This document shows, one piece after another, positions 9,928 to 19,060 of a stretch of DNA of 64,000 nt. This DNA is from Prochlorococcus sp. AG-347-I15 (GTDB lineage Bacteria; Cyanobacteriota; Cyanobacteriia; PCC-6307; Cyanobiaceae). The notes beneath the pieces are model-generated. The model saw nothing but the letters and a program-made list of their open reading frames with translations. It did not search any database and was not told the DNA's origin. Both the position numbers and the translations under genes were made by a program. The first letter of the stretch is position 1; each line of letters begins with the position of its first letter. The DNA lies in contig QCBN01000001.1 in assembly GCA_003281585.1 (NCBI GenBank), forward strand, positions 168,247 through 232,246, read 5' to 3'.

Positions 9928-10035
9928 ATGACTCCAGAAGCAGAACGTTTTAATGGCTGGGCAGCAATGTTAGGTTTTGTTGCAGCAGTAGGCGCATATG
10001 TATCAACAGGCCAAATTATTCCAGGATGGTTCTAA
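9928..10035 (+). CDS. hli: High-light inducible protein (35 aa)
   Basis: MTPEAERFNGWAAMLGFVAAVGAYVSTGQIIPGWF: AExxNGxxAMxG and TGQIIPG motifs. Confidence 0.95.
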   Translation: MTPEAERFNGWAAMLGFVAAVGAYVSTGQIIPGWF

Positions 10036-10175
10036 TGAATAATCCTGAACCAAAGATTGTAGAAAAAGAAAAAATCGTAGCTGAAAAGCTAAATGGAAGA
10101 TTTGCTATGTTAGGTTTTGTAGCCCTAATTGGAGCTTATTTAACTACAGGTCAAATTATTCCAGGTTTTATATAA
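10035..10175 (+). CDS. hli: High-light inducible protein (46 aa)
   Basis: ...AEKLNGRFAMLGFVALIGAYLTTGQIIPGFI; TAATG overlap with the preceding hli. Confidence 0.95.
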   Translation: MNNPEPKIVEKEKIVAEKLNGRFAMLGFVALIGAYLTTGQIIPGFI

Positions 10176-10196
10176 ATAAAATTCAAAACATTACTT

Positions 10197-10230
10197 AGAA
10201 CCAAATTTACATAAGTTTGGTTCTTTTTTT
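10197..10230 (+). terminator. Rho-independent terminator after the hli pair
   Basis: AGAACCAAA...TTTGGTTCT followed by a T-run. Confidence 0.8.
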
Positions 10231-10380
10231 GTCGTTTAATAATATAAGATTTTCTCAATAATTTTTTTCCAATATACCTTAATCAATAATGAAATGATAA
10301 TAAACAAAAAATCAGTATAAAAACTCTTCCAGAATAATGAATATAGATTTAGATTTAATTTTTGAAATGGAGTCAATCAA

Positions 10381-10485
10381 ATGGTTAACCTAAGTTTAGA
10401 GATACTGTTTTGGCTAATTTTATTAATTTACATTGGTGCAAAATTCAATCAAACTAAAAAAGGTTATAGGCAACAAAAATATTAA
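10381..10485 (+). CDS. Small TM protein (34 aa), paralog of 19299-19400
   Basis: MVNLSLEILFWLILLIYIGAKFNQTKKGYRQQKY; GGAG upstream. Confidence 0.7.
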   Translation: MVNLSLEILFWLILLIYIGAKFNQTKKGYRQQKY

Positions 10486-10640
10486 AATGAAAATTACCCA
10501 ACTAAAATTGGAAAGATATGATGCACAATTATTTAGGTAAACATGGTAAAGGCAAATAATATTAATTTCATTTTTTCTTTTGCAAAATTTGAATTTATTT
10601 TATAAAAATGTTAAATTCATCAAATTAATATAAGAAATTT

Positions 10641-10769
10641 ATGAGAGTAAAGCTTGAACCTGATACAGCCTTTATAGGAAAAAAATTCGCATATATTTTT
10701 TTAGGAGTAATATTTAGCCTTAATGCATTAACATTTTGCTGGTTTTTTTTATTTTCTAAATTAAATTAA
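10641..10769 (+). CDS. Small TM protein (42 aa)
   Basis: MRVKLEPDTAFIGKKFAYIFLGVIFSLNALTFCWFFLFSKLN. Confidence 0.6.
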   Translation: MRVKLEPDTAFIGKKFAYIFLGVIFSLNALTFCWFFLFSKLN

Positions 10770-10876
10770 ATTTTTCAGAAAAATAAAGTAAGTTTATTTA
10801 GAAATTTATTTTAAAAGTTAAACTTATTAAATTGAATTTAAAAAGCAACAATTTATAAGTTCAATAAAATTAACTA

Positions 10877-11083
10877 TTAAAAAATTCCCGGTATAATCTG
10901 TCCAGTTGTTACGTAAGCACCTATCAATGCAACAAAACCAACCATAGCCCATCTTCCATTTACTTTTTCTGCATTTTGAGGATATCCATCATAAGATACT
11001 GATTCATCAACATAAGGTCTAGTTTCTGATGGGAACATATTTTGTCTTCCACCTGATTCTGTTGTAACACCTGTTTTTGTCAT
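10877..11083 (-). CDS. hli: High-light inducible protein (68 aa)
   Basis: GGRQNMF...AEKVNGRWAMVGFVALIGAYVTTGQIIPGIF. Confidence 0.95.
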   Translation of the reverse strand: MTKTGVTTESGGRQNMFPSETRPYVDESVSYDGYPQNAEKVNGRWAMVGFVALIGAYVTTGQIIPGIF

Positions 11084-11091
11084 ATAAAGAA

Positions 11092-11134
11092 TGTAATTGT
11101 TAACTAAAGTAACATAAATGTTAACTTATGTAAA
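11092..11134 (-). promoter_or_regulatory. HLR1-like (RpaB) direct repeats upstream of hli
   Basis: Minus strand reads TTTACATA-AG-TTAACATT...GTTACTTT-AG-TTAACAAT-TACA. Confidence 0.5.
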
Positions 11135-11307
11135 CCTAAGCAAGAAAGCATTTATTAATGAGCATTTATGAAAAAATGCATGGCATTTTGATGAAAATAG
11201 ATTTAAAAATTTTTGTTAAATTTTTCTTTTGATCAAATTAGCGGACAAATGCATAAGAGTAAGCATTTATACTCACACTAAGTAATTTTACTTATTATAA
11301 TATTTAT

Positions 11308-11402
11308 AGCATTTAGGAAGTGCTTAGCTGGTTAACATCAGAAAAATCTGAATTAACTAGGTCGTCATGAGCTTGCAGGTGGGGTACTTGCAAGCTCTTT
11401 TA
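11308..11402 (+). ncRNA. Candidate ~95-nt sRNA
   Basis: TATAAT at 11296-11301; three hairpins ending in GAGCTTGCA/TGCAAGCTC plus T-run; no ORF. Confidence 0.65.
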
Positions 11403-11996
11403 ATTTTTTAAATAAGAATATAAAACAGCAAAATAAATATTATGTCCATTTTGAGGCTTAAAGGTAATTAAATGACTGTCAAATATTTATTTTTTTGCTA
11501 GATAGGAAATAGACTAAATAAAGTGTATGTCTCTAGATTTTATTCTCATTCCATCTTGTATTGTTATTATCCTTTTTCTTCTAAATAGAGAAAATAAAAT
11601 CTATAGAAAAAATCAGAAAGCTAAGTAAATTAAATTATTTAGAGAGGATTCAAAGAATGCTCTAAAACTTTATTTCTTATCTCGACATAATATATTAAAA
11701 AAATGGCTACTTTATAAGCCCAAATATCTTAATACTTAAGTGACTATAAAGAGAAGCTAGGTTAAATTTTTACTTAAAATTAATTTATCCCAATATAATC
11801 TTGAATTATTAACTTGCTCTAATTTTTGTTGGCAATGTATACACTTACATTCTTTTAATAAAGTTTTATTTTTCATTAATTTCCTTTTTTTTTAAATAAA
11901 CAAATTATTTCTCTTAATGCAACAGTAAATAAATAATTTTTTTAAATATTAAAAGTAAAGAACATAAGATGGGATATCTTAAGCAAAAATTTTATA

Positions 11997-13268
11997 TTGG
12001 TCTCCAAATCATTGATATTTTATAATGCAATTATCGACAGCACAAAATTAAATAAATTCCTTTTGAAACTTTCTAATCAATCACATATTAAAAAAACCAT
12101 CAATAAAATAATTACTCCTTGGTATTCAATACCTCTAATAGATAGATGGTTATTAGGTGAAATAATACCTCCTATGGTATTTGCCATTTCTGCTTTTACA
12201 GTTATTTCATTATCTGTTGGCGTAATGTTCGATCTTATAAGAAAAATTGTTGAATATGGTTTACCTCTTTTTTTAGCCTTAAAAGTTCTTTTTTTTAGTT
12301 TGCCCAGCTTTTTAGTTTTATCATTCCCTATGGCAGTTTTGCTATCAACATTATTAGCTTATGGAAAATTATCAAGTAATTCTGAATTATTAGCACTCAA
12401 ATCATTGGGTATAAAAACTTCAAGAATTATTTCTCCAGCCATTGCACTTTCAATATTTATGACTGGTTTGACTTTCTATTTTAATGATAATTTAGTCCCT
12501 AGAAGTAATAAATTAGCTGAAACTACATTGAGATCAGGCATAGGAAGTTCTTATAGCGGTGAAACAGGGAAATATAATATTATGTTCGCAAGATATGGTT
12601 CTAGGATAAGTGAATCTTCCAAGAAACCAACTAAATCAAATACGCTCCTAACTCATATATTTTATGCTTCAAAGTTTGAAAACAACGTTATGAAGAAGGT
12701 TACTGTATTAGATTATTCCAGAGAAGATATTCAACAAATCTTAAAGGCAGACACTGCAAAATTTGATAAGAAAAACTCTTCTTGGATATTTTTTAAAGGA
12801 AGTATTGTATCTATTACTCCAAATGGACAAACTACAAATATTAAATTTAAACAATATACATATCCTTTCATAGAGGGGCCTTTGGAGTTAGCAAAAATAC
12901 CAGGAGATGCCAATGAGATGACTCTGAAGCAGGCATTAGAAGCAGAAAAAATATATCAAAAAACTGGTAACCTTAAAGAGATAAGAAGAATTCAAGTCCG
13001 TATTCAAGAAAAATTCACTCTACCTTTTGCATGCTTAGTATTTGGCCTAATAGGCAGTAGTTTGGGATCAAAATCTAATTTGAGATCTTCTAAAAGTCAG
13101 GGATTTGGGTTAAGTGTGATACTTATATTAATTTATTATGTTATGTCTTTTCTGTTCAGTTCACTTGGAGTAAAAGGTTTATTACCTCCGATTTTTGCTG
13201 CTTGGTTACCTGTCTTTATATCATTAGGAGGTGGAATTTATTTGTTTAGGAAATCAAGTTCTTTGTAA
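11997..13268 (+). CDS. LptF/LptG (YjgP/YjgQ) family permease
   Basis: IDRWLLGEI, PMAVLLSTLLAYGKLSSNSELLALKSLG, EKFTLPFACLVFGLIG. Confidence 0.92.
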   Translation: MVSKSLIFYNAIIDSTKLNKFLLKLSNQSHIKKTINKIITPWYSIPLIDRWLLGEIIPPMVFAISAFTVISLSVGVMFDLIRKIVEYGLPLFLALKVLFFSLPSFLVLSFPMAVLLSTLLAYGKLSSNSELLALKSLGIKTSRIISPAIALSIFMTGLTFYFNDNLVPRSNKLAETTLRSGIGSSYSGETGKYNIMFARYGSRISESSKKPTKSNTLLTHIFYASKFENNVMKKVTVLDYSREDIQQILKADTAKFDKKNSSWIFFKGSIVSITPNGQTTNIKFKQYTYPFIEGPLELAKIPGDANEMTLKQALEAEKIYQKTGNLKEIRRIQVRIQEKFTLPFACLVFGLIGSSLGSKSNLRSSKSQGFGLSVILILIYYVMSFLFSSLGVKGLLPPIFAAWLPVFISLGGGIYLFRKSSSL

Positions 13269-13336
13269 TCTTTTTTATTTATAAATAGACTAGAAATTTA
13301 ATAAATTTATCATCAATTAATAGGTTCTAAATTTTT

Positions 13337-13921
13337 TTAGATCATATCTATTCTTTTATAACCAAACCAATCAGGATAATTAGTTTCCTCAACTGAATTA
13401 TTTTCTGAGATTAATTCAATTTCCCAACTGCCTATATTTTTAATAAGTCTACAATCATCACAACTAATCAACATGTGAAGAGATGCGATATCATCTTTAT
13501 GCTTTTTTCTGCACCCAATTAGCCATTTAGATTTAGCTATATTTTTTGCTTCTAATTTATTTGAAGCTGTAATTAATCCAAACTCATGCTTTTCCTGCAT
13601 TGAAGTTGGATTATAGCCTCCAATATTGACAAACCATAAATATTTTTTGGCCTTATTCTGATTAACTGATTGCTTTTTTTCTATTTTATCTTTTTCAATA
13701 TTTATTAAATTAATCTTATAACCATCTATATATTTTATTTTTTTATAGCTATCAATATGCAATCCTCCTTGAGATCCAAACCAATCCTTTCTTAAAGTAT
13801 CGTATGTATCCTCAATCTTAGATCCAACAACCCATCTAACATCGTGTAATTCAATATTAGCTTTTTTCGCTCTGCCTCCAAGAACAACTAGATAAAGAAA
13901 ATTATTTTCTAATTTTTCCAC
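13337..13921 (-). CDS. DUF1543-domain protein
   Basis: LGGRAKKANIELHDVRWVVG, LHIDSY, LWFVNIGGY...EKHEF. Confidence 0.85.
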   Translation of the reverse strand: MEKLENNFLYLVVLGGRAKKANIELHDVRWVVGSKIEDTYDTLRKDWFGSQGGLHIDSYKKIKYIDGYKINLINIEKDKIEKKQSVNQNKAKKYLWFVNIGGYNPTSMQEKHEFGLITASNKLEAKNIAKSKWLIGCRKKHKDDIASLHMLISCDDCRLIKNIGSWEIELISENNSVEETNYPDWFGYKRIDMI

Positions 13922-14005
13922 TTTTAATTAATTAAGATTACTTAGAATTTAATTTAGATTATTAAAATTAGCTTGAGGGTTGTTTTTACGAGGTTAGAAA
14001 TTGCC

Positions 14006-14152
14006 TCAATTAAACCATCCTTTTTTCTTTGCTTTAACTTTTGGTGAAGTTTGAATTTTGGGAGCTTCGTCAACTCTTCCTTTAATAATCATTAAGGGAA
14101 CTATTGCCCATAGTGCTAAGAATAATATCCAAAATAGATAAATGTTCATCAT
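14006..14152 (-). CDS. Small TM protein ending KKKGWFN (48 aa)
   Basis: MMNIYLFWILFLALWAIVPLMIIKGRVDEAPKIQTSPKVKAKKKGWFN. Confidence 0.65.
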   Translation of the reverse strand: MMNIYLFWILFLALWAIVPLMIIKGRVDEAPKIQTSPKVKAKKKGWFN

Positions 14153-14360
14153 ATGTAAAATCAATAAATTTATACTAAAAATAATTAAATAATATTCGTG
14201 AGTTTCTTTTTAAAGTTCTAATTTAGATGTATGATGAAACATTTATTTTATTAATCCAAATAAGATACTCAGATAAGTTTGTTAAAAAGAATAAATTCAC
14301 TTTCAAATTATAAAAATTAGAAATTAAAAATAAATTTTTTCATTGATTGATTATAATATT

Positions 14361-14645
14361 TGCACTCAACAAAACCACTGCTTTGCTTCAGGATGTGCAG
14401 AGTGCATATTAATACTGACAAGTTATTTAATTTTTCGTGGATATTATGAGTCAACTTTATTTTTATCTAAAATATACCCAAATTTTCACAGATTTTAAAA
14501 CCTCAAATCAATATCCTGCTAGAAAATAAATTTGATTAGGAAATGACGTCAAAAAAAGTATTTTTTTCTAGGGAAAAACAATACTTTTTCATGTATTCTC
14601 TCTAAATCAAAGGGTAACAAATATGCATCTAGAATTGATAGATGG
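14361..14645 (+). ncRNA. Candidate structured RNA D (~285 nt)
   Basis: TATAAT at 14352; stems TGCACTC/GAGTGCA, GGATATT/AATATCC, AAAAAGTATT/AATACTTTTT, CATCTA/TAGATG. Confidence 0.4.
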
Positions 14646-14707
14646 ATTAATTATTGCTTCAAAAAGATATCAAAAAAAAATACTTTATTCAAGAAAACCA
14701 AAAATTT

Positions 14708-14902
14708 TTATTTTTTCTCTCTTAATTCTGGGAAGCAATTCGCAATATGAATTAATTCATAAACCTCTTTACTATCATATTTTTTATTAGGAATTCCGCT
14801 TCCTACCTGTATTCCTCTCTCTTTCATCTTCTTTAATATCAATTCTTGCCTTCGCGTACTAGACATAGACTTGAATCTTTTTTTTCTTTCTTCTTTATTC
14901 AC
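14708..14902 (-). CDS. Hypothetical basic protein
   Basis: 64-aa ORF. Confidence 0.6.
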   Translation of the reverse strand: MNKEERKKRFKSMSSTRRQELILKKMKERGIQVGSGIPNKKYDSKEVYELIHIANCFPELREKK

Positions 14903-15188
14903 CAGATCTTAATTACGTTAAACTTTATTATGAAGGTTATATCAATTAGCGATTCATTAAATAAGTAAGAAAGCCTGTAAATGTAAGTAATTTAAATCCA
15001 ATAAAAAAAGGTAAATATTTTTTTACTTTCTTGCTAACGGGCATTATTTTGTTAAATAAAGTCATCATGGTTTACATTATAAATATTATTTCAATCATCC
15101 TAACGAATTTTTTTTTAAATTATCCAATTTCCATATTTACATTAAAAATAGCGGATATAAACTTGAAGAGATATTACCCTTATTCTAT

Positions 15189-15575
15189 ATGAATCATAAA
15201 GAAACAATAATTTCATTATTAAATGATTTTGCTAATCCAAAAAAAATGGCTCAATTTTTTGTTAACAATGCAACTCCAGATTTTTTATTCATAAGGCCGA
15301 GTGGTAATCCTATAGATGCAAAAGGATTTGAACAAATGATTACTGGTGATATAGTTCAAGAAAAGGCAGAAATAACTAAAATTCACAGATTCGAATTTTT
15401 AAGCGAAACCACAGCAATGTGCATTTTTACACTAGGTTCAAAATTTACTTATAAAGGAACACCCAATGATGACTTACCAACAGTTACTTCAATTTTTAAA
15501 AAAGTAAATAATGTTTGGAAAATTCATTGGATGCAAAGATCTACAGGAAATTCGGATTTATCTTTATGGGATTAG
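15189..15575 (+). CDS. DUF3804 (NTF2-like) protein
   Basis: DFLFIRPSGNPI...KFTYKGTPNDD...WKIHWMQRSTG. Confidence 0.85.
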   Translation: MNHKETIISLLNDFANPKKMAQFFVNNATPDFLFIRPSGNPIDAKGFEQMITGDIVQEKAEITKIHRFEFLSETTAMCIFTLGSKFTYKGTPNDDLPTVTSIFKKVNNVWKIHWMQRSTGNSDLSLWD

Positions 15576-16052
15576 CAAAGTTAATATCTTTTTTAATGGT
15601 GCTACTACTTGTAGGTAGTTCTTTTGTTAGTTTAATTTTTTATTTTATAAAATAAAGAGATCAAATAAAGAATACCCAGTATCTATTTCTTGTTTTAGAA
15701 AAAAATTGCTTCTTTTTTGTTAAGTAATTTGATATTAGGTAAAAATGAAAACTTTAGACAGACTAACCCCTATATCTAAAGCTAATAAAGCGATTAGTAA
15801 CTTACTCATTTTTTAGAACTCTCAACTATTTTTTTGTAAAGTTCTTCAGAAATAGGCTGCATAACCTTTTAAAAATCTGATTACAAATTAGTTATTTAAA
15901 AATTAATTTCTCGTTACTAAATATACGAATATATGAATTTTTAAATAGGTAAATAATATCTTCACAATAAGTTTTTCTTATAACGTATTAATAAATACTG
16001 AGTTCAAAATTTTAACGAATGTCCAAACTTTTAAAAAAAGAAATTAGAAATC

Positions 16053-16154
16053 TTATTTCAAGTAAATAGATCCTCTATAAGTGAGCTTTATTATCTTTTC
16101 TTCTTGTTTTCTACAATATACGAATGACTTTCCATTGAAATACATGTTTACCAT
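16053..16154 (-). CDS. DUF4278-type 33-aa peptide (yfr6-like), copy 1
   Basis: MVNMYFNGKSFVYCRKQEEKIIKLTYRGSIYLK; AGGAG RBS; LTYRG motif; many synonymous differences from copy 2. Confidence 0.85.
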   Translation of the reverse strand: MVNMYFNGKSFVYCRKQEEKIIKLTYRGSIYLK

Positions 16155-16172
16155 GATGCAGCTCCTGAAATT

Positions 16173-16235
16173 GCTCAAGTCCCCGTCCTATGGCTTGAGT
16201 CGTACTGCGGTCTATCAGATGGTAGATCGGACGAT
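16173..16235 (-). promoter_or_regulatory. Downstream-peptide (glutamine-II) riboswitch, copy 1
   Basis: CGTCC...GGACG stem with CTCAAG/CTTGAG pseudoknot directly upstream of the DUF4278 ORF; TTGACA-17-TATAAA promoter at 16287-16259. Confidence 0.75.
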
Positions 16236-16290
16236 TTTGTAGTATTCACTACAATCTATTTATAAAGTATTTATACTTAGATGTCAACAA

Positions 16291-16437
16291 TTAATAGAAA
16301 CTAAACTTCAATTTAAAATTAGATTCTGCTCTCACAAACATCCTAAAAAGAATATAGAACATATAACTACGAGTAACTCCCATAAAAACTGAAACAAATG
16401 CTAGAACTACACAAATAGGGCAATGTGGGAATCCCAT
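16291..16437 (-). CDS. Small protein with HCPIC motif (48 aa)
   Basis: MGFPHCPICVVLAFVSVFMGVTRSYMF...; TAATG-coupled to the upstream ORF. Confidence 0.65.
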   Translation of the reverse strand: MGFPHCPICVVLAFVSVFMGVTRSYMFYILFRMFVRAESNFKLKFSFY

Positions 16438-16553
16438 TATTTATTTTCCAATATAAATTTTAATTCAGCCTCTGCATTATAAATATCAATCCTTCTCTTA
16501 AGTAGTTTAAAAAATTTAATTATTTTTTTCACAATTAAACCTTCTTTAGGCAT
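16437..16553 (-). CDS. Small basic protein (38 aa)
   Basis: C-terminal part of the 65-aa track ORF, starting MPKEGLIVKK. Confidence 0.45.
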   Translation of the reverse strand: MPKEGLIVKKIIKFFKLLKRRIDIYNAEAELKFILENK

Positions 16554-16724
16554 CAATAATAATATTATTCTTAGAATGAATATATCAATGAGCAAAAATA
16601 CTGAATCCATTGATATAACTAATGTTTGTAACATTGTTATACAATAAACAACGCCGACATTTGCTCAGATACTCTTGATCAATTAACCAATAAAAGCTTA
16701 TTCAGAATTGAATATAATAATTGA

Positions 16725-17091
16725 TGATCTAGTTACTTTGCAGTGCTATTTTTCTTTTGCTAAAAAAATAGAGCGGGCTAAAGTCCAATACTCCACGATG
16801 ATTTAGTCCACTGCCTAAAATCTGAGAGTGCAAATTTTTCTTAATTAGTATGCAACTATGCTTTATAAGGTAAATATCTTGATTGCGCAATAAATTTATT
16901 TTGTATATTGCTATTACAAAAATGATGAGTTTATTTAAATTAGTTACTAAATCCTCGTGGAGAAAGCTTTAGTAAATTTCTTTTACTGGTTACTGATAAG
17001 ATCAGCCGAATCTCATTATGGAGAATCATTTGTATCTGTAGAAGTTCCATCTAATTCAATCAAAAGTTTTTCTTGATTTTAGAAAGTTTTT
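16725..17091 (+). ncRNA. Candidate large structured RNA B (~365 nt) with loop-loop pairing
   Basis: TATAAT at 16713; three-way junction 16740-16814; loop CTCCACGA (16791-98) complementary to loop TCGTGGAG (16955-62); terminal hairpin plus T-run. Confidence 0.6.
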
Positions 17092-17221
17092 AATACTTAA
17101 ATTCATAGCTTTCTGAAAATTGAATAACTAACTTGAGTTAAGTTGGTTAATTATCTCTATTGCAAATAAAGATAAGGTTGTATATCTTGCACTTAAAGAA
17201 GAAACTTAATTTCTTAAACTG

Positions 17222-17431
17222 ATGCAATTTGATCATTTAAATTTCAATGAAGAGGATGGCCTCATGTCCATAGAAGATTTAAGGGCTTTACGTCTTCGAA
17301 AACAGAAAATTGAAAGTGATAAGAAAGCTAGAAAGTATATCCTGGATATAAATCAAAGATATAGAAAAATGAGTACCCGCAAAAGTAAAAACTTTTTAAG
17401 AAATATGAACCCTTTTAAAAAGGTCGCATAA
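17222..17431 (+). CDS. Hypothetical protein
   Basis: 69-aa ORF. Confidence 0.65.
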   Translation: MQFDHLNFNEEDGLMSIEDLRALRLRKQKIESDKKARKYILDINQRYRKMSTRKSKNFLRNMNPFKKVA

Positions 17432-17490
17432 ATTGTTAATCTTGATTTTGTTAATTTGTTTAACTTTGCAACTTTCAGAGTAAGATTTTA

Positions 17491-17547
17491 ATGGTGTTTC
17501 TTTGGAAGAGTTTCACCAAGAGGGGTCAATTTTTGGCCCCTTCTTTG
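17491..17547 (+). ncRNA. Candidate ~55-nt two-hairpin sRNA or terminator
   Basis: TAAGAT at 17481; TGGTG/CACCA and GAGGGGTCAA/TTGGCCCCTT hairpins. Confidence 0.35.
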
Positions 17548-17757
17548 CAGAGATATTTTTTTAATTGAAACTCGTTATAAAATTAAATTAATACTTTCCT
17601 AGAAAGCGAAAGTGATGTAAATCTTTTGTTAAAAGTTTTTTATTACCACTTAATGAAAACTCTATATCTTCTACTAAATCCTCTTATTAAAAAACAAAAG
17701 TTTTAGCTTATGGACCATTTCCCATAATTTATTGAATTTTTTCATTTGCGATTTTTA

Positions 17758-17961
17758 ATGACTTCACCTACAAATTGGGAATTCTACAAAGAAGTTGAAA
17801 CTAAAACTCTATGGGTCAATATTTGTACCCAAAATTTAGAAGGAGTAGCTATTTCGATCAATAAATGGTGGAAGACAAGATATCCAGCATACAAAATCAG
17901 AATAGTTTCTAAAAAAGAATTTGAGCTAATAAAAATGCAAGCTGAAAAAAAGGAGCAATAA
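17758..17961 (+). CDS. Hypothetical protein
   Basis: MTSPTNWEFYKEVETKTLWVNICTQNLEG... Confidence 0.75.
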   Translation: MTSPTNWEFYKEVETKTLWVNICTQNLEGVAISINKWWKTRYPAYKIRIVSKKEFELIKMQAEKKEQ

Positions 17962-18037
17962 AATTATTCTTTGGTAAATATTGATGCTGAATATTTAATT
18001 TTTGCAGCTATTATAAAATCAATAAATTAAAGAACAA

Positions 18038-18193
18038 ATGAATTCTGCATTTGCAAAAGTATCAAATTTGAAAGTTAACAGGGCTTCTAAAATAGCTATT
18101 ACTCTCGCATCATCAACTTTCTTTTTATATGCCTTGGGTCAAGCACCAATTTTTAAAAATATTCTTGCAGGTGCCTTCTCTTGCTCTGGATAA
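18038..18193 (+). CDS. Small protein ending AGAFSCSG (51 aa)
   Basis: MNSAFAKVSNLKVNRASKIAITLASSTFFLYALGQAPIFKNILAGAFSCSG. Confidence 0.7.
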   Translation: MNSAFAKVSNLKVNRASKIAITLASSTFFLYALGQAPIFKNILAGAFSCSG

Positions 18194-18345
18194 ATAAAAT
18201 ACTATTTTTTTAGAGAAGCTAAAAAGCTAAAATAGACTGTTATTGACAGTCGATCTAAAATTAGAGGGATAATCCCCTCTTTTTTAATGATTAATAGATT
18301 TATTGATGAAAAGATAATGACTCTTCTTATTTTTCTTTTCAGCTG

Positions 18346-18462
18346 ATGAATATTTCCCCGCACCTATTAATTGATGCTGTGATATTAAGCACTGCCCTCA
18401 CGATAACTTTGGCATTAAGAGCAAAAGGTAATGCTGCCAGAAAAGAAAAAGAAAATAAATGA
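18346..18462 (+). CDS. Microprotein (38 aa)
   Basis: MNISPHLLIDAVILSTALTITLALRAKGNAARKEKENK; ATGA overlap with the next ORF. Confidence 0.6.
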   Translation: MNISPHLLIDAVILSTALTITLALRAKGNAARKEKENK

Positions 18463-18599
18463 TTACTAAAGAAGAAGAAAAAGAATTTAAAAAACCTAAA
18501 TTATATAGATTTTGGAACTTTCTTATTTATGGAAGTTCAATAGCTATTGGAGTTTTCTTAGTTTATTTATATTCTACTTATATCTTTATAAATAAATGA
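18459..18599 (+). CDS. TM microprotein (46 aa)
   Basis: MITKEEEKEFKKPKLYRFWNFLIYGSSIAIGVFLVYLYSTYIFINK; ATGA overlaps at both ends. Confidence 0.65.
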   Translation: MITKEEEKEFKKPKLYRFWNFLIYGSSIAIGVFLVYLYSTYIFINK

Positions 18600-18691
18600 C
18601 TTACATGTACGGCATAGCTATTACTTATGGGGTTGTGAGTCTTTTATTGCTTGGTGGATTTGCATACTTTACTTTTAAAATGAAACGCTAA
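18596..18691 (+). CDS. TM microprotein (31 aa)
   Basis: MTYMYGIAITYGVVSLLLLGGFAYFTFKMKR. Confidence 0.6.
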   Translation: MTYMYGIAITYGVVSLLLLGGFAYFTFKMKR

Positions 18692-18696
18692 TTTTT

Positions 18697-18822
18697 ATGT
18701 CCTCTTCAATGAAAGATTTCTTAGATAAATTTTTTGATTTATGTAGAGAATATCAACAAGAAATTCCACCTCAAAAGATGGCTGAGATTTTAAGAGAATA
18801 TGCAGATAGATTAGATGAATGA
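18697..18822 (+). CDS. Soluble helical microprotein (41 aa)
   Basis: MSSSMKDFLDKFFDLCREYQQEIPPQKMAEILREYADRLDE. Confidence 0.7.
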   Translation: MSSSMKDFLDKFFDLCREYQQEIPPQKMAEILREYADRLDE

Positions 18823-19060
18823 TAGATACTGGCAGACCTGAGAAAGTATTAAGAGAATATAATTTCTAAGCAAAATTTATACAAATTTTTTTAAAGTTAG
18901 AATAAATTTTTTGAAGATATTTTTCTTGCAATCATTTATAATTTGAGATTTTTTGTTGATCCTTAATCCGTACAATTTTGTTCCTCTTACCGCACACATA
19001 AAACTTGAAATTTACCATTCAAATGAATTAGAACATAGTTGTAGTAAAGGGGTAAGTCTC

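Noticed and set aside
16257-16275. Tandem TATAAATA (T4-like late promoter) upstream of both yfr6-like copies
   Set aside because: Explained by the sigma70 -10 and the palindrome; the motif is common in AT-rich DNA.
16577-16620. TATATCAATG / CATTGATATAACT arm-like repeat
   Set aside because: Resembles the att arms but faces outward and lacks the EVE-derived core, so not counted as a site.
16990-17012. Hammerhead-like core (CTGATAAG...GAA)
   Set aside because: Does not match CUGANGA/GAAA and the three stems cannot be assembled.
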